Below, in pieces: positions 21,521 to 31,848 of a DNA stretch of 64,000 nt. Location of the stretch: the sequence record DRR378314_953; one strand, given 5' to 3'. The notes beneath the pieces were generated by a model. The model saw nothing but the letters and a program-made list of their open reading frames with translations. It was not told the origin of the DNA and did not search any database. The translations under genes were made by a program, and so were the position numbers. Within the stretch, counting starts at the first letter, position 1. Each line of letters opens with the position of its first letter.

Positions 21521-21558
21521 AAAAGAACAGCTATAACCAACCGTTATAGCCGTTCTTT
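21521..21558 (-). terminator. Stem-loop (partial terminator or stabiliser) after atpE
   Basis: Minus strand AAAGAACGGCTATAAC-GGTTG-GTTATAGCTGTTCTTTT, one G-U pair. Confidence 0.65.
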
Positions 21559-21569
21559 ATTTTGTTTGA

Positions 21570-21761
21570 CTAAGATGCGAAAAGCGCAGCAAAACCAATA
21601 CCTTCAATAAGAGCCGCAGCAATCAACATTGCTGTTTGAATCTTACCTGAAGCCTCTGGCTGACGAGCGATGGCATCCATAGCAGATCCACCAATTTTAC
21701 CAATACCTAAACCAGCACCGATAACGATCAAACCAGCTCCTACAATAGTTGGGATTTCCAT
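21570..21761 (-). CDS. atpE: ATP synthase F0 subunit c
   Basis: GAGLGIG, ARQPE, ALIEG. Confidence 0.98.
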   Translation of the reverse strand: MEIPTIVGAGLIVIGAGLGIGKIGGSAMDAIARQPEASGKIQTAMLIAAALIEGIGFAALFAS

Positions 21762-21794
21762 AATATATATAATTAATTATTAAACATTCTACTC

Positions 21795-22871
21795 TTAGTG
21801 ATCGTGATGTTCCTCAACCGCCGAACCAAAATACAGGGCGGACAACATCGTAAATATATAGGCCTGTAAGGCCGCTACCAACAACTCCAACAAAGAAAGT
21901 GCAAATGCCAAACCAAACGACAATGGACTTCCTATCCAGTTTTTGAAGATAAACATCATTCCCAAAATACTCATCAAGACTACGTGACCTGCAGTAATGT
22001 TCGCATACAAACGAATCATTAAGGAGAAGGGCTTAATAAAGGTTCCCAAAAGCTCGATCGGAGCCAAAACAATCTTCATAAACACAGGAACATCCGGCAT
22101 CCAGAAAATATGCTTCCAGTAATTCTTATTTGCGGTAAACGTAGTAATCAAATAGGTAAGGATGGCCAAAGCAAAGGTTACCGCTATATTGTTGGTAACA
22201 TTTACCCCTAATGGAGTAAGGCCTAAAAGGTTAATGATCCAAATAAAGAAAAACACCGTCAACAAATAACTCATGTATTTCTTGTAATGCTTCTCGCCTA
22301 TATTTGGAATAGCAATATCATCACGAATATAAAGCACTATAGGCTCCAACAGGCGCCCTATGCCCTTTGGCAATGCACTGGTTTTGTACGATTTGGCCAT
22401 TCTGCCAAATAAAAACAACATCAAGGCAGACACCAAAAATATAAAAACGACATTTTTTGTAATGGAAAAATCCAATGGTTTTACATTGGTCGCATGATGA
22501 TCTTCATCGTAGTTAATGGTCCCTTCTGCATCGGTCTTTACAATTTTACCATGATAAAGGGCATAATAATTTCCGTCTACTTCTGCCACAGATTCCCCAT
22601 GGTGAAATTTGGAGGAAGAAAACACCTTTAAGCCGTTATCCCATAAAATTACAGGCAATGGAAAACCAACGTGCTCATTATTTTCTTCATCTATGGTAAA
22701 TAGGGTAAAATCGTGGGAATCCAACAAGTGATGTCCAATAAATTCCTTGATTTCGGTTTTTAGGCTTCCTTTTTCCTCGCTGGACGAATGGTCCTTTTCT
22801 TGTGCGAAAGCATTGATACCCAGAAGAAGTGTAGCAACTAAAAGAACTTTGACGTAAAATGGTTTTTGCAT
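21795..22871 (-). CDS. atpB: ATP synthase F0 subunit a
   Basis: KPFSLMIRLYANITAGH, LQAYIF; start taken at ATG 22871 because the TTG at 22907 lies inside a TACATTTG box (22905-22912). Confidence 0.96.
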   Translation of the reverse strand: MQKPFYVKVLLVATLLLGINAFAQEKDHSSSEEKGSLKTEIKEFIGHHLLDSHDFTLFTIDEENNEHVGFPLPVILWDNGLKVFSSSKFHHGESVAEVDGNYYALYHGKIVKTDAEGTINYDEDHHATNVKPLDFSITKNVVFIFLVSALMLFLFGRMAKSYKTSALPKGIGRLLEPIVLYIRDDIAIPNIGEKHYKKYMSYLLTVFFFIWIINLLGLTPLGVNVTNNIAVTFALAILTYLITTFTANKNYWKHIFWMPDVPVFMKIVLAPIELLGTFIKPFSLMIRLYANITAGHVVLMSILGMMFIFKNWIGSPLSFGLAFALSLLELLVAALQAYIFTMLSALYFGSAVEEHHDH

Positions 22872-22995
22872 ATCGCTTAAAATATCGGTCTCAAAAAATC
22901 CGTGCAAATGTACGCTTTTATCTCAAAAAGAAAAAAGCATTAATCGGTTTATTTTGGACCATAACTTAAAAGTAATATGGAAAACAAAATTGATG

Positions 22996-23385
22996 CTAAC
23001 TATTTAGCATTCTGGCAGTAAAGAATGTCTCCAAAAGAAGGCACACCAAATAGGGAATAAAAAAAGTGGTGAACTCCAAGGATTCCATGTTCCCATCAGC
23101 ATTATAGAATGGATAAAAAACGAGAAAGAAAAATAAAAATTTGAGCATGCTCCCGCCTAAAAAAAGAAATCCGATCTGATCCCTCCATTTCTCCCGAAAC
23201 CAGTAAAGCACCGAAAATATAATAAGGGCCAGTACCATATTGAGCAAATATGCCAAAACGATCATATGGTCCAATAAAGGAAATCCGAACAAATAAAGTG
23301 CGAGGAGGTGAAGGCAGAAAACCAACAGGCTCAACAATATTAGGGAAAGATAAAAAGAAAAAAGAAATTTATTCTTGGACATCAA
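22996..23385 (-). CDS. Four-TM protein, AtpI-like
   Basis: Four hydrophobic helices, directly upstream of atpB. Confidence 0.65.
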   Translation of the reverse strand: MMSKNKFLFSFYLSLILLSLLVFCLHLLALYLFGFPLLDHMIVLAYLLNMVLALIIFSVLYWFREKWRDQIGFLFLGGSMLKFLFFFLVFYPFYNADGNMESLEFTTFFIPYLVCLLLETFFTARMLNS

Positions 23386-23612
23386 TACTTTATGCGTTTC
23401 AATTGCTGCAAAACCAAGTATATAGCAACGGCCACTCCCACTAAAGTAAGCACTATAACAAAGGTTTTGGATTCCATTTCAAAATATTCATCCAACCACT
23501 TTCCTCCCTGGGCAGCCAAAAAAATTATTCCGCCCATTTCAATGGCAACTCCTGTAAGGATTGCCGCATTTTTTAAACCATTATTATTTTTAGGAGGCTT
23601 TTGCTGGCTCAT
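23382..23612 (-). CDS. AtpZ/AtpI family small membrane protein
   Basis: Two TM helices with GKWLD motif. Confidence 0.8.
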   Translation of the reverse strand: MSQQKPPKNNNGLKNAAILTGVAIEMGGIIFLAAQGGKWLDEYFEMESKTFVIVLTLVGVAVAIYLVLQQLKRIKY

Positions 23613-24021
23613 TGCTGGTTGCTGAGTGTTTTGTTGGGCTATTTAAAGCGCCTTTGCCCTCCTTGCCCTTCATGGTACAGGAAGCATTAAAGGTAGCTCC
23701 AGGCTCAACAGCCAATTTGGATACCATTACAGTGCCCTCTATAACTGCAGAAGACTTTAGGGACAAGAGATCGGCAACGATCAACTCTCCGTTAAAATTA
23801 CCTTCAATATCGGCATTGACACATTCCACTTTGCCATGAATATAACCATCGATTCCAATGACCACTTTTCCTGAAGTTTTTACGTTACCGTCCAATTTTC
23901 CATCGATCCGAAAATCGGCTTCGGAAACAATATCACCTTTGATCTTGGTGTTTTTTTCAATTCTGTTGGGTTGTCCGCCTAATTCTGTCATAACACGAGG
24001 TTTTTTGTTATCTGAAAACAT
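23590..24021 (-). CDS. Bactofilin (polymer-forming cytoskeletal protein)
   Basis: IKGDI...RIDGKLDGNV...IEG...LAVEPGATFNASC. Confidence 0.9.
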   Translation of the reverse strand: MFSDNKKPRVMTELGGQPNRIEKNTKIKGDIVSEADFRIDGKLDGNVKTSGKVVIGIDGYIHGKVECVNADIEGNFNGELIVADLLSLKSSAVIEGTVMVSKLAVEPGATFNASCTMKGKEGKGALNSPTKHSATSNEPAKAS

Positions 24022-24040
24022 TTTGCTAAGGTTTTGGGGT

Positions 24041-26584
24041 TTATTGCTGAGCTTTATAATCTGCTATATTCTTATGTACTTGAATTATTTTATAGTTGTT
24101 GGATAAAATTACGAAATTCTCATCATCGATCCGGTAATCCTTATTGTTTTTTATCAATTCTGCATAACCTAAAGCGAAGTCCTTGGATTTAAAACCATGA
24201 ACCACCACAAATTGATCTTCAAGATTATAGATGTCTTTGGATACCACATTCTTATATTTAAGATCCTCTATGGATTTTTCCAAAAGTTCCTTGAGTCTAA
24301 GGGCTTTTTTATCCTCCCTTATTTTAAGTGGAAATACTACCTTCCAATTTCCCGTACCTGTAGATTCGGTTTCGGTGGAAAATACCTTGGGTTCCAACTT
24401 TGGCAATTGTTCCGCCACCATAGTCTGTGCCTTTTTACCTTCGGGATTATTGGGATAGTTCAAGGCCACATAGTTCAATGCCTCCTTAAAATCCTCAAAC
24501 CCCTGTAACCTGCCAATGGCATTGGCCTTCAACATTTCAAACTTCGGAACAATAGGGTCCCCTGTGTATTTGCTGATATTTTCTTCGGCTCCAGTAATTA
24601 CTTGTAAAAATTCCTGATTTTGGAACATTTTGTACAGACGTTGGTACTTGGCATCCGGACTATCCGCACTTCCGGTTAAAATAGCCTGTGGGTTTAAAAG
24701 GATTTCCGCATATCTGGATTCGGGATGGTTTTTAATGATGTCATATTTCATATCCGTTGCCAACGAACTTCCAGACTCTTCGTAGATCTTGTACAGGTTG
24801 TATTTAGATGGAATTATAAGCCTTTCCTCAGGATTGGACTTTAACACGCTCTCCAATTTACCGGCCGCCAAAAGATTTTCCTTAAATTTTTCCTTATAGA
24901 TCAACCCCAATTGATAATTGGCAAAATTACGCTCGGTCCTTAAACTGTCTATCAGCAATGGATCCGTAGGTATTTGACTTAGGTAGAACTCAACGCTGTA
25001 TTTTTCCTCTTCTCCCAATGCCGCAACATTATTCGCCGCAGTATTGGCCGGATTTTCGCCATTTACCTCCAAATTTTGTGCTTTGGATTTGTTGGACCAG
25101 CGCCAATCGTCCTCTAGGGTTCTCTTACCCCATCTAGTCTTAAAATCGTTCTTGCCATAACCCAATGTGGTTATGTTATAAAAATAAAACTTGCCTTGGT
25201 TCTCCTTTCCTCCCTTTGTTTTACTAAAGGCGGCAAAACCGGCATTGGCCATATTTTCCCCTTTCTTTCTTTCATTTTCGGCAACTGCCTTTAATTGGGC
25301 AATATGCTCCTCGAAATAGGTTATTCTATCATCAATTGAAAACTCATATAAAGTTATTACACTATCCGTGTACTGTACCACCTCCTCATACTTAATAACA
25401 TCTTCCAGGTTATCCAGTTTCTTTTTAACCTCCCTGTACTTCTTGGTATTCTCATTTAAATTCTGCAACACACTGTCATAATAAGCCCCAGAAGGTTTGT
25501 ATTCATTCTGGTCAAAATTATAAATCGCCAAATTTTCATAGTTCAGGGCGTTCAATTGGGGCATATTCTGAGTGGCCCTCAAGGATTTGTTGTAATACAC
25601 CAAGGCCAGGCTATCGGATTGGGTTGCCAAATGGAATTCTGCTACCTGACGGTATATTTTATTCAAAAAGGGCCTGTTTTCCCGGTCCTCCTCCAATTCC
25701 GTAAGGTACTCGTACATTTCCTCCCTGTTGTCGTCGGTAAGTTCGGTATTCTGAATTTTTTGTAAATGGGCATTGATCATGTATACCCTGGGCGATTTCC
25801 TATTTAGATCGATGACCTTATCGAAGGCATAATTGGCACTGTCCTTATATCCCAATTCATTGAACAACTGACCAATAATATATAAGTAACGACCCCTCTC
25901 TGGATTCTTTTTGGTATATACCGATGCAATCTTCAACTGCTGAATGGCAGTATCTTGAATTTTAAGATTGATGTAGGCCTGACCCATCATGGCACGGGCG
26001 TCCGCATATTCTTGATCGCTTAAATATTCCTGCTTAATTAAACGCTTTAAATTTTTTAGGGCAAGCTCCTCATTTTCTAGACGAATATTAACCTTTTCCC
26101 TCCAAATGGTTGCTTCATTAAGCTTATCGCTCTGCGTATATTTATTTAGGATATAATTGAAGGATTCCAAGGCAGGCATGTAACGCTGGTCAAAATACCT
26201 CGCCTTGCCCAAAAGTAAAAAAGCCTCATCGGTCTGGGGATTGCGCTCCTCGTCCTTTATGTCCATACTGTGCTTTTGTATGGCTTTGGTAGCCTTTTCC
26301 TCGGCAATAAGAAAATTGGGATTGTTATCTTCGGAGTCCAGCTTTATGTCCTCGGTGACCTCCAGTCTTTCTACGGGCAATATTTCCCAATAGTTATCCT
26401 GGTATACGGCATTGAGACCCTCACGCCCTTCTTCAAAAGCAATATTACCATTATACAGGGTATTGTACTTGGTATTAAGTGCGTGCCAATTGCGGTTTAA
26501 AAGGGCGTCTTTCTTGGTAGAACAGGCATTAAACGCCAATCCTCCAAAAACAACCGAAAATATAAGTTTATTGCGAAGCTTCAA
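24041..26584 (-). CDS. sprE: Gliding motility / T9SS TPR lipoprotein SprE (PorW)
   Basis: Lipobox FNAC, NTKYNTLYNG, AIQKHSM, FYFYN..WGKRTLEDDWRWS, TPR-rich; location before bactofilin/atp. Confidence 0.85.
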   Translation of the reverse strand: MKLRNKLIFSVVFGGLAFNACSTKKDALLNRNWHALNTKYNTLYNGNIAFEEGREGLNAVYQDNYWEILPVERLEVTEDIKLDSEDNNPNFLIAEEKATKAIQKHSMDIKDEERNPQTDEAFLLLGKARYFDQRYMPALESFNYILNKYTQSDKLNEATIWREKVNIRLENEELALKNLKRLIKQEYLSDQEYADARAMMGQAYINLKIQDTAIQQLKIASVYTKKNPERGRYLYIIGQLFNELGYKDSANYAFDKVIDLNRKSPRVYMINAHLQKIQNTELTDDNREEMYEYLTELEEDRENRPFLNKIYRQVAEFHLATQSDSLALVYYNKSLRATQNMPQLNALNYENLAIYNFDQNEYKPSGAYYDSVLQNLNENTKKYREVKKKLDNLEDVIKYEEVVQYTDSVITLYEFSIDDRITYFEEHIAQLKAVAENERKKGENMANAGFAAFSKTKGGKENQGKFYFYNITTLGYGKNDFKTRWGKRTLEDDWRWSNKSKAQNLEVNGENPANTAANNVAALGEEEKYSVEFYLSQIPTDPLLIDSLRTERNFANYQLGLIYKEKFKENLLAAGKLESVLKSNPEERLIIPSKYNLYKIYEESGSSLATDMKYDIIKNHPESRYAEILLNPQAILTGSADSPDAKYQRLYKMFQNQEFLQVITGAEENISKYTGDPIVPKFEMLKANAIGRLQGFEDFKEALNYVALNYPNNPEGKKAQTMVAEQLPKLEPKVFSTETESTGTGNWKVVFPLKIREDKKALRLKELLEKSIEDLKYKNVVSKDIYNLEDQFVVVHGFKSKDFALGYAELIKNNKDYRIDDENFVILSNNYKIIQVHKNIADYKAQQ

Positions 26585-26831
26585 AATTCTATGTATTCGT
26601 ACGTATCCTTAACTTAAAAACGACCGGATTATTATGTAGTTGGTCGACAAAAACTGCATTATTTTTAGTTATTGGATAATTCCTATCCTGGCCCAAGAAG
26701 AGATCAGGAACAAAATTCTTGATAAAAACACAACTTAGGGTTGCAAAACCTAAAACCGGCAGAAAAGCATATTGAAAGGAGATGAGGAAAATAAGATTAA
26801 TTGATAAAGACATTATCGGCTACAGGACAAT

Positions 26832-27527
26832 TTATCCTCCAAAAAATACTTCCAACTCCTTAAGGGTTTCCTTAGAGGTCTGGATATCCCTTACCAGCTC
26901 TCCTTTGTTGAGCACTACGATTCGCTCACAAACCTCAGTAACATGGATAAGATCATGACTGGAAACCAGAACGGTAACTTCTTTACTGGCCGCCAGATCC
27001 TTGATAATCCCTTTTAGCTTTATTTGGGTAGTTGGATCCAAGTTGGCAAAAGGTTCGTCCAATATAATTACTTCGGGATCACCAATGAAGGAGGCAACGA
27101 TTCCAACTTTTTTCTGATTTCCTTTGGATAAGTCCCTCAAGTATTTTTTCTGACCCAAAATTTCATCGTGAAAAAAATCTTCGAACCCGGCCAACAAACT
27201 ATCTACATCGGCCTTGTTCCGCCCCCTCAGTTCCCCTATGAAATAAAAGTACTCCTCCGGAGTTAAGTATCCAATTAAAAAGGTCTCATCAATAAATGCC
27301 GATGTAAATGGTTTCCATGACTCACTTGAATCTATTTGCACGCCATTATTAACAATATGTCCTGTAGTAGGCTGAATTAAATCTAGCATTAAACTAAAAA
27401 ACGTGGTCTTTCCGGCACCGTTGTTGCCCACTAGACCAAAACTTTGACCCTTGGGGATTTCCAAACTTTCAATATTTAACACGATGGACTCCCCGTATTT
27501 TTTTGTTAAATTTTGGACTGTAATCAT
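26832..27527 (-). CDS. ABC transporter ATP-binding protein
   Basis: GNNGAGKTT, LSKGNQ, ILDEP, SSH. Confidence 0.95.
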   Translation of the reverse strand: MITVQNLTKKYGESIVLNIESLEIPKGQSFGLVGNNGAGKTTFFSLMLDLIQPTTGHIVNNGVQIDSSESWKPFTSAFIDETFLIGYLTPEEYFYFIGELRGRNKADVDSLLAGFEDFFHDEILGQKKYLRDLSKGNQKKVGIVASFIGDPEVIILDEPFANLDPTTQIKLKGIIKDLAASKEVTVLVSSHDLIHVTEVCERIVVLNKGELVRDIQTSKETLKELEVFFGG

Positions 27528-27533
27528 GCTTAT

Positions 27534-29006
27534 TTATGTTTTTTGTTTGTAGGCCGCAAGCGTCTTATACTTTTCCTTCTTGTAAATGGACTCAATCATG
27601 GCAAACACCTTATTTCTAAATCCAAATCCGATAACCCCCGCCATACCAACAAAAATATAGCCCGCGGTTGGACTAATTAAATAATGGCCCAGGGCATAAA
27701 CCCCCAAGGGCAGAATTAGCTTGGGCAAAGTCAATAACAAGGTTTTTGAATTAAAGGCCTGTTTGTCCCCAAATGCCTTTTTATTGGATGTTAGATCTAT
27801 GGGTGTTTTAATATAGGCCCCGCCCCATAAAACCAGATAGGAATTGACACCAATATTGTAAATGGCCCCAACAATCACCGCCAAATAGGCATCCCAGCCA
27901 AAGTATATATAGAAGGAAGCTAGAATAGTACTTGCCGCGGTAGCCATGATTATCAAGTACCATTTGGAAGTTAAATATTCCCTGTACCTGATATTCTGAC
28001 TCATCATTAAGGGATAGTATGAACTGTCCCAACTTGGCACAAACTGACCAAAACTGAATAAGAACCCCCCGGAAATAAAAATCCCGGCAAATATTTTCCA
28101 AACCGGGCCGTCGTAAGCCTCTATACCACCCGTAAAAAAGAGAAGTCCATAAAAAATAAAGAAGAAACTCATGATTACAGCGGTTTTTGACCTCTTGTTC
28201 CTCCTAATCAATTTAATATCGTTCTTTAAAAATGTACCCAAATTCCCAAAACGGTTCAACCAGGCATAGTCCTCCGTTTTGGCCATAGATTTCTTTCCCG
28301 CCAGTCCGGCATCCAGATACATATGCCTTTTAAAATAGGTAAAAGCAGAAGTTGCCACCGCTATTAGCAACCCCCAAGTTAAAAAGGCCATCCAAGGTAG
28401 CTCATAAAGTATATTAAAAAATGGCGAGGTGTAGGTTGTTATATTAAACAGTCCATAATATTGACAAATTCCCAAGAGCGAAAAAAGGCCCAGCAGCATG
28501 TAAAAAACATTGTCCTTATTATTGACCAATACGTTAATAAAATTATTGCACAAAAAGAGCGCCATGATTCCCAAATGCCAACCCATGACCCCCATAGGGG
28601 AGTAACCCTCAACCACTAATACTACAGAAAAGGGCACAAAGAAAAATGCATGTGACCAATTGAAAAATGAAACTACCGTTTTCCCTAAGGAATACCCTAC
28701 TATCTTACTTTTGTTAATAGGTAGGTACAACAAAGGCTTAATATTGGTAATCGGCATTTTCTGAAGCATATACCTAATGTACAGATCCCCTACTAAATAA
28801 TAAACCATGAACCTATTTACCACCAAGAGGGGGTCTCCCCAAGCTTGCTTTTCAATGATATAAAAAGCCCCAATTCCAAGCCCTAGAAATACAGCCATAA
28901 AATAGAGGGCCCCAAAAACCATAAAGATCTTTATGGCAAGATTGGCTTTAAAAGAGGCGGATCTAAAAAAGGATTTCCATTCAAGCGTAAGAAAGTGCTT
29001 TAGCAT
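27534..29006 (-). CDS. Putative ABC permease (DUF5687-like)
   Basis: About 12 TM helices, LEWKSFFRS start, adjacent to the ABC ATPase. Confidence 0.75.
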   Translation of the reverse strand: MLKHFLTLEWKSFFRSASFKANLAIKIFMVFGALYFMAVFLGLGIGAFYIIEKQAWGDPLLVVNRFMVYYLVGDLYIRYMLQKMPITNIKPLLYLPINKSKIVGYSLGKTVVSFFNWSHAFFFVPFSVVLVVEGYSPMGVMGWHLGIMALFLCNNFINVLVNNKDNVFYMLLGLFSLLGICQYYGLFNITTYTSPFFNILYELPWMAFLTWGLLIAVATSAFTYFKRHMYLDAGLAGKKSMAKTEDYAWLNRFGNLGTFLKNDIKLIRRNKRSKTAVIMSFFFIFYGLLFFTGGIEAYDGPVWKIFAGIFISGGFLFSFGQFVPSWDSSYYPLMMSQNIRYREYLTSKWYLIIMATAASTILASFYIYFGWDAYLAVIVGAIYNIGVNSYLVLWGGAYIKTPIDLTSNKKAFGDKQAFNSKTLLLTLPKLILPLGVYALGHYLISPTAGYIFVGMAGVIGFGFRNKVFAMIESIYKKEKYKTLAAYKQKT

Positions 29007-29134
29007 TCTTTTGGATAGTTAAATCTGACAGATTAGTGCCTAATTTAGAGTATTTGTTACAAACAGCTGGTATTTTTTTAATTTCCCGTTTTGAATCCTC
29101 CCTGCTTTGCTTAATTTTGCACCAAAGATTTAAT

Positions 29135-30184
29135 ATGGCCCACTTTCATTCGCTTACCGTTCAAAAAATTAAACCGCTTACCCCTAACTCAGTTGCAATA
29201 ACTTTTGCCATTCCAAAAGAACTGATCCAGACCTTTGCCTTTACTGCAGGTCAGTACATCACCATTAAAAAGGAAATAAAGGGCAAGGAATTGCGCAGGG
29301 CATATTCTATTAGTTCCTCTCCTAAATGTGAGGGCATTACCATTGGTGTTAAGAAAGTGGACAAGGGGGGCTTTTCAGATTTTGCACATAACAAACTTAA
29401 AGTAGGGGATGTATTGGAAGTAATGCCTCCGGAAGGCCGATTTATTTTTAAACCCTCTCCTAATCCAAAGAACATAGTGGCATTTGCGGCAGGTAGCGGT
29501 ATTACTCCGATCATGAGTATTGCCAAAACCGTTTTGGAATCCAATTCCAAAAATAATTTTGTGTTGGTATATGGGAATAAATCCTATAAGGAAACCATGT
29601 TTTATACCGATTTGGTGAAGCTTCAATTAGAATATACCAATAGGTTTCATATCTATTTTATTTTGAGTCAGACCCAAGAGGACGAATCTATTTTTGGACG
29701 TATAGAAGCCTCTACGGTTAACTATGTACTCAAAAACAAACATAAAAACCTGGAATTCAACGATTATTATCTCTGTGGGCCGGAGGCAATGATACAGTTG
29801 GTGACCGAAAACCTAAAAGACAAGGGCATTTCTGAGGATAAGATTCATTTTGAACTGTTTACCTCAACAGAGATCAAGGACGAACTTCCGGAGAAACCGG
29901 AAGGAAAGACCCAACTTACCGTTATTGTGGATGATGAGGAATTTTCCCTATCCATGGATAAAGGTACCCTGGTACTGGATGCCGTTTTAAAAGAGAACAT
30001 AGATGCTCCCTATTCCTGCCAAGGTGGAGTATGTAGCAGTTGCATTGCGCGTATCAAGGAAGGAAAGGCCGACATGGTGAAAAACCAAATATTAACCGAT
30101 GGTGAAATAGCCGAAGGATTGATCCTTACTTGTCAGGCGCACCCCACTACCCCTACTTTAACCGTGGATTACGACGATGTGTAA
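29135..30184 (+). CDS. FAD/NAD-binding oxidoreductase with C-terminal 2Fe-2S ferredoxin (PaaE-like)
   Basis: RAYSI, AGSGITP, YLCGP, CQGGVCSSC..LTCQ; TAATTTTG box at 29112-29119 supports ATG 29135. Confidence 0.92.
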   Translation: MAHFHSLTVQKIKPLTPNSVAITFAIPKELIQTFAFTAGQYITIKKEIKGKELRRAYSISSSPKCEGITIGVKKVDKGGFSDFAHNKLKVGDVLEVMPPEGRFIFKPSPNPKNIVAFAAGSGITPIMSIAKTVLESNSKNNFVLVYGNKSYKETMFYTDLVKLQLEYTNRFHIYFILSQTQEDESIFGRIEASTVNYVLKNKHKNLEFNDYYLCGPEAMIQLVTENLKDKGISEDKIHFELFTSTEIKDELPEKPEGKTQLTVIVDDEEFSLSMDKGTLVLDAVLKENIDAPYSCQGGVCSSCIARIKEGKADMVKNQILTDGEIAEGLILTCQAHPTTPTLTVDYDDV

Positions 30185-30236
30185 ACACTAAGGGCTGTTT
30201 GCTTATTTCCAAGTCGGCTCATAATAGATACTAAGT

Positions 30237-31016
30237 CTACTTAAATTTCTGCTCCATTACCCTTATGGCGTGCTCGTAACCAATGGTATAGGCTTTTTCA
30301 ATTCCCTTTTTGTCCAATATACCAATGAGCTCCAAGGTCCTGGGTTCGAACAATAGGTCGCATTTATTAACTTTGTTCCTGTTAATGGCATAAATCATCA
30401 AAGAGGTAGTCCTATTGGCCAACTGCAAGGACGACTTTATTCCTTCTTTGGGAATTTCCCTGATTCCGGAAACATTACTCCCTATTACAAAATCTGATGA
30501 AACGGCAACTTCATCATAAGGGAAATTGTTCATTATACCTCCATCGGCATATAAACGTCCATTAATAGCCACCGGACTAAAAACAGGAGGTAAGGCTGCA
30601 GAGGCCAATAAAGGTCTAATCAATTCTCCTTCAGAAAATATTTTTTCATCCCCTTTTTGCAAGTCGGTAGCTACAACATAAAGTTTGCGCTGCAAAGACT
30701 CAAAGGTATTTCTCGGAAAATAATTTGAGAACAAATCGAAGTACCTTTCCGTGTCCAACAGGCCCGGTTTTAAAATAGTCATAAAATTATAGCGGAAGAG
30801 GGGTGTTTCCTTAAAAAACTGAAGCATTTCGGAAACCGAATTACCGTTGGCATACAATGCCCCTATCAAGGCCCCAACACTGGTGCCCGAAACGACCCGG
30901 GTACTAATGCCAAATTCGTTAAGGGCTTGGATCATCCCTATATGTGCCATTCCCTTTACGCCCCCTCCGGACAATACCAGTCCAACCGATTTTGATTTAA
31001 TTTGCGATAAATCCAT
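30237..31016 (-). CDS. Patatin-like phospholipase
   Basis: LSGGGVKG, GTSVG (GxSxG), DGG. Confidence 0.93.
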   Translation of the reverse strand: MDLSQIKSKSVGLVLSGGGVKGMAHIGMIQALNEFGISTRVVSGTSVGALIGALYANGNSVSEMLQFFKETPLFRYNFMTILKPGLLDTERYFDLFSNYFPRNTFESLQRKLYVVATDLQKGDEKIFSEGELIRPLLASAALPPVFSPVAINGRLYADGGIMNNFPYDEVAVSSDFVIGSNVSGIREIPKEGIKSSLQLANRTTSLMIYAINRNKVNKCDLLFEPRTLELIGILDKKGIEKAYTIGYEHAIRVMEQKFK

Positions 31017-31420
31017 TTCAGTCCTTGTTCATCATAGCTGTTTTACAACGGGAATATCCCTGCCAAACATTAGCCCAAAATTACCTATATCAGCCCTAAC
31101 TTTAAAAGATTCAATTAGAAATAAATATTGTTCCACAAACTAGACAGTTGGTAAACTGGCTTTGGCCAAGCCGATTTTGACGAATTTCCGCTTTTAATCC
31201 GCCCGTCAGTTCCAATAATCGGATTTTTAATGCAAGGACTGTAAAGTTGTGGTGCCAAAAACCGACCGAACAGTATGTTCTGCTAAATCTTTACTATTAT
31301 ATACTTTTCCGGAATTGAAAGGACGTTGTAACCCAAAATAAATAAACTCCGCAAAATGGATATAAAAACCGCATTTTTGGATGGCCTAGGCAGGACAAGA
31401 AATCCAGAGGCACATTAATA

Positions 31421-31819
31421 TCAGGAATGCAATAGAAACACCAAGAGGATAGCTGGCATAAAATATATGGCTATGGTCCTTGCCCCATCGTAATCCTTTG
31501 CCATACGCTGACCAAATAGTAGCATCAACAAGGCTAGACATGCAAAAATAGCGCCGGCCAAGGCAATAGATCCATCCCCTTCAACAATAAGAAAATAAAA
31601 TCCTATGGTACAAAGTGTCCCTGCCACGATTTCCGTTACCATTACCGTACCCAATAATAAGGGTACCATATTCTTAAAAGGCGTTTGGGAAAAATGACTT
31701 TTTAACCATGACAAATTGCCCTTCCAGTCCAAGATTTTGTCCAATGCACTTTGAAGAAAAGTAATGATCAAAAAAAGAAGAAGGAGTAATTCTGCGGGAT
31801 AGGTTAATACGTTGTCCAT
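31421..31819 (-). CDS. DoxX-like membrane protein
   Basis: FLQSALDKILDW, LFGQRMAKDY, four hydrophobic segments. Confidence 0.7.
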   Translation of the reverse strand: MDNVLTYPAELLLLLFLIITFLQSALDKILDWKGNLSWLKSHFSQTPFKNMVPLLLGTVMVTEIVAGTLCTIGFYFLIVEGDGSIALAGAIFACLALLMLLFGQRMAKDYDGARTIAIYFMPAILLVFLLHS

Positions 31820-31848
31820 GTTAGTGACTTTATGATTATATAATTACT

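Noticed and set aside
17832-23612. atpD and atpC missing from the atp operon
   Set aside because: A split operon with beta and epsilon elsewhere is normal in Bacteroidota.
26589-26813. 74-aa ORF between the ABC ATPase and sprE
   Set aside because: No recognisable motif; more likely the sprE upstream region, though a small gene cannot be excluded.
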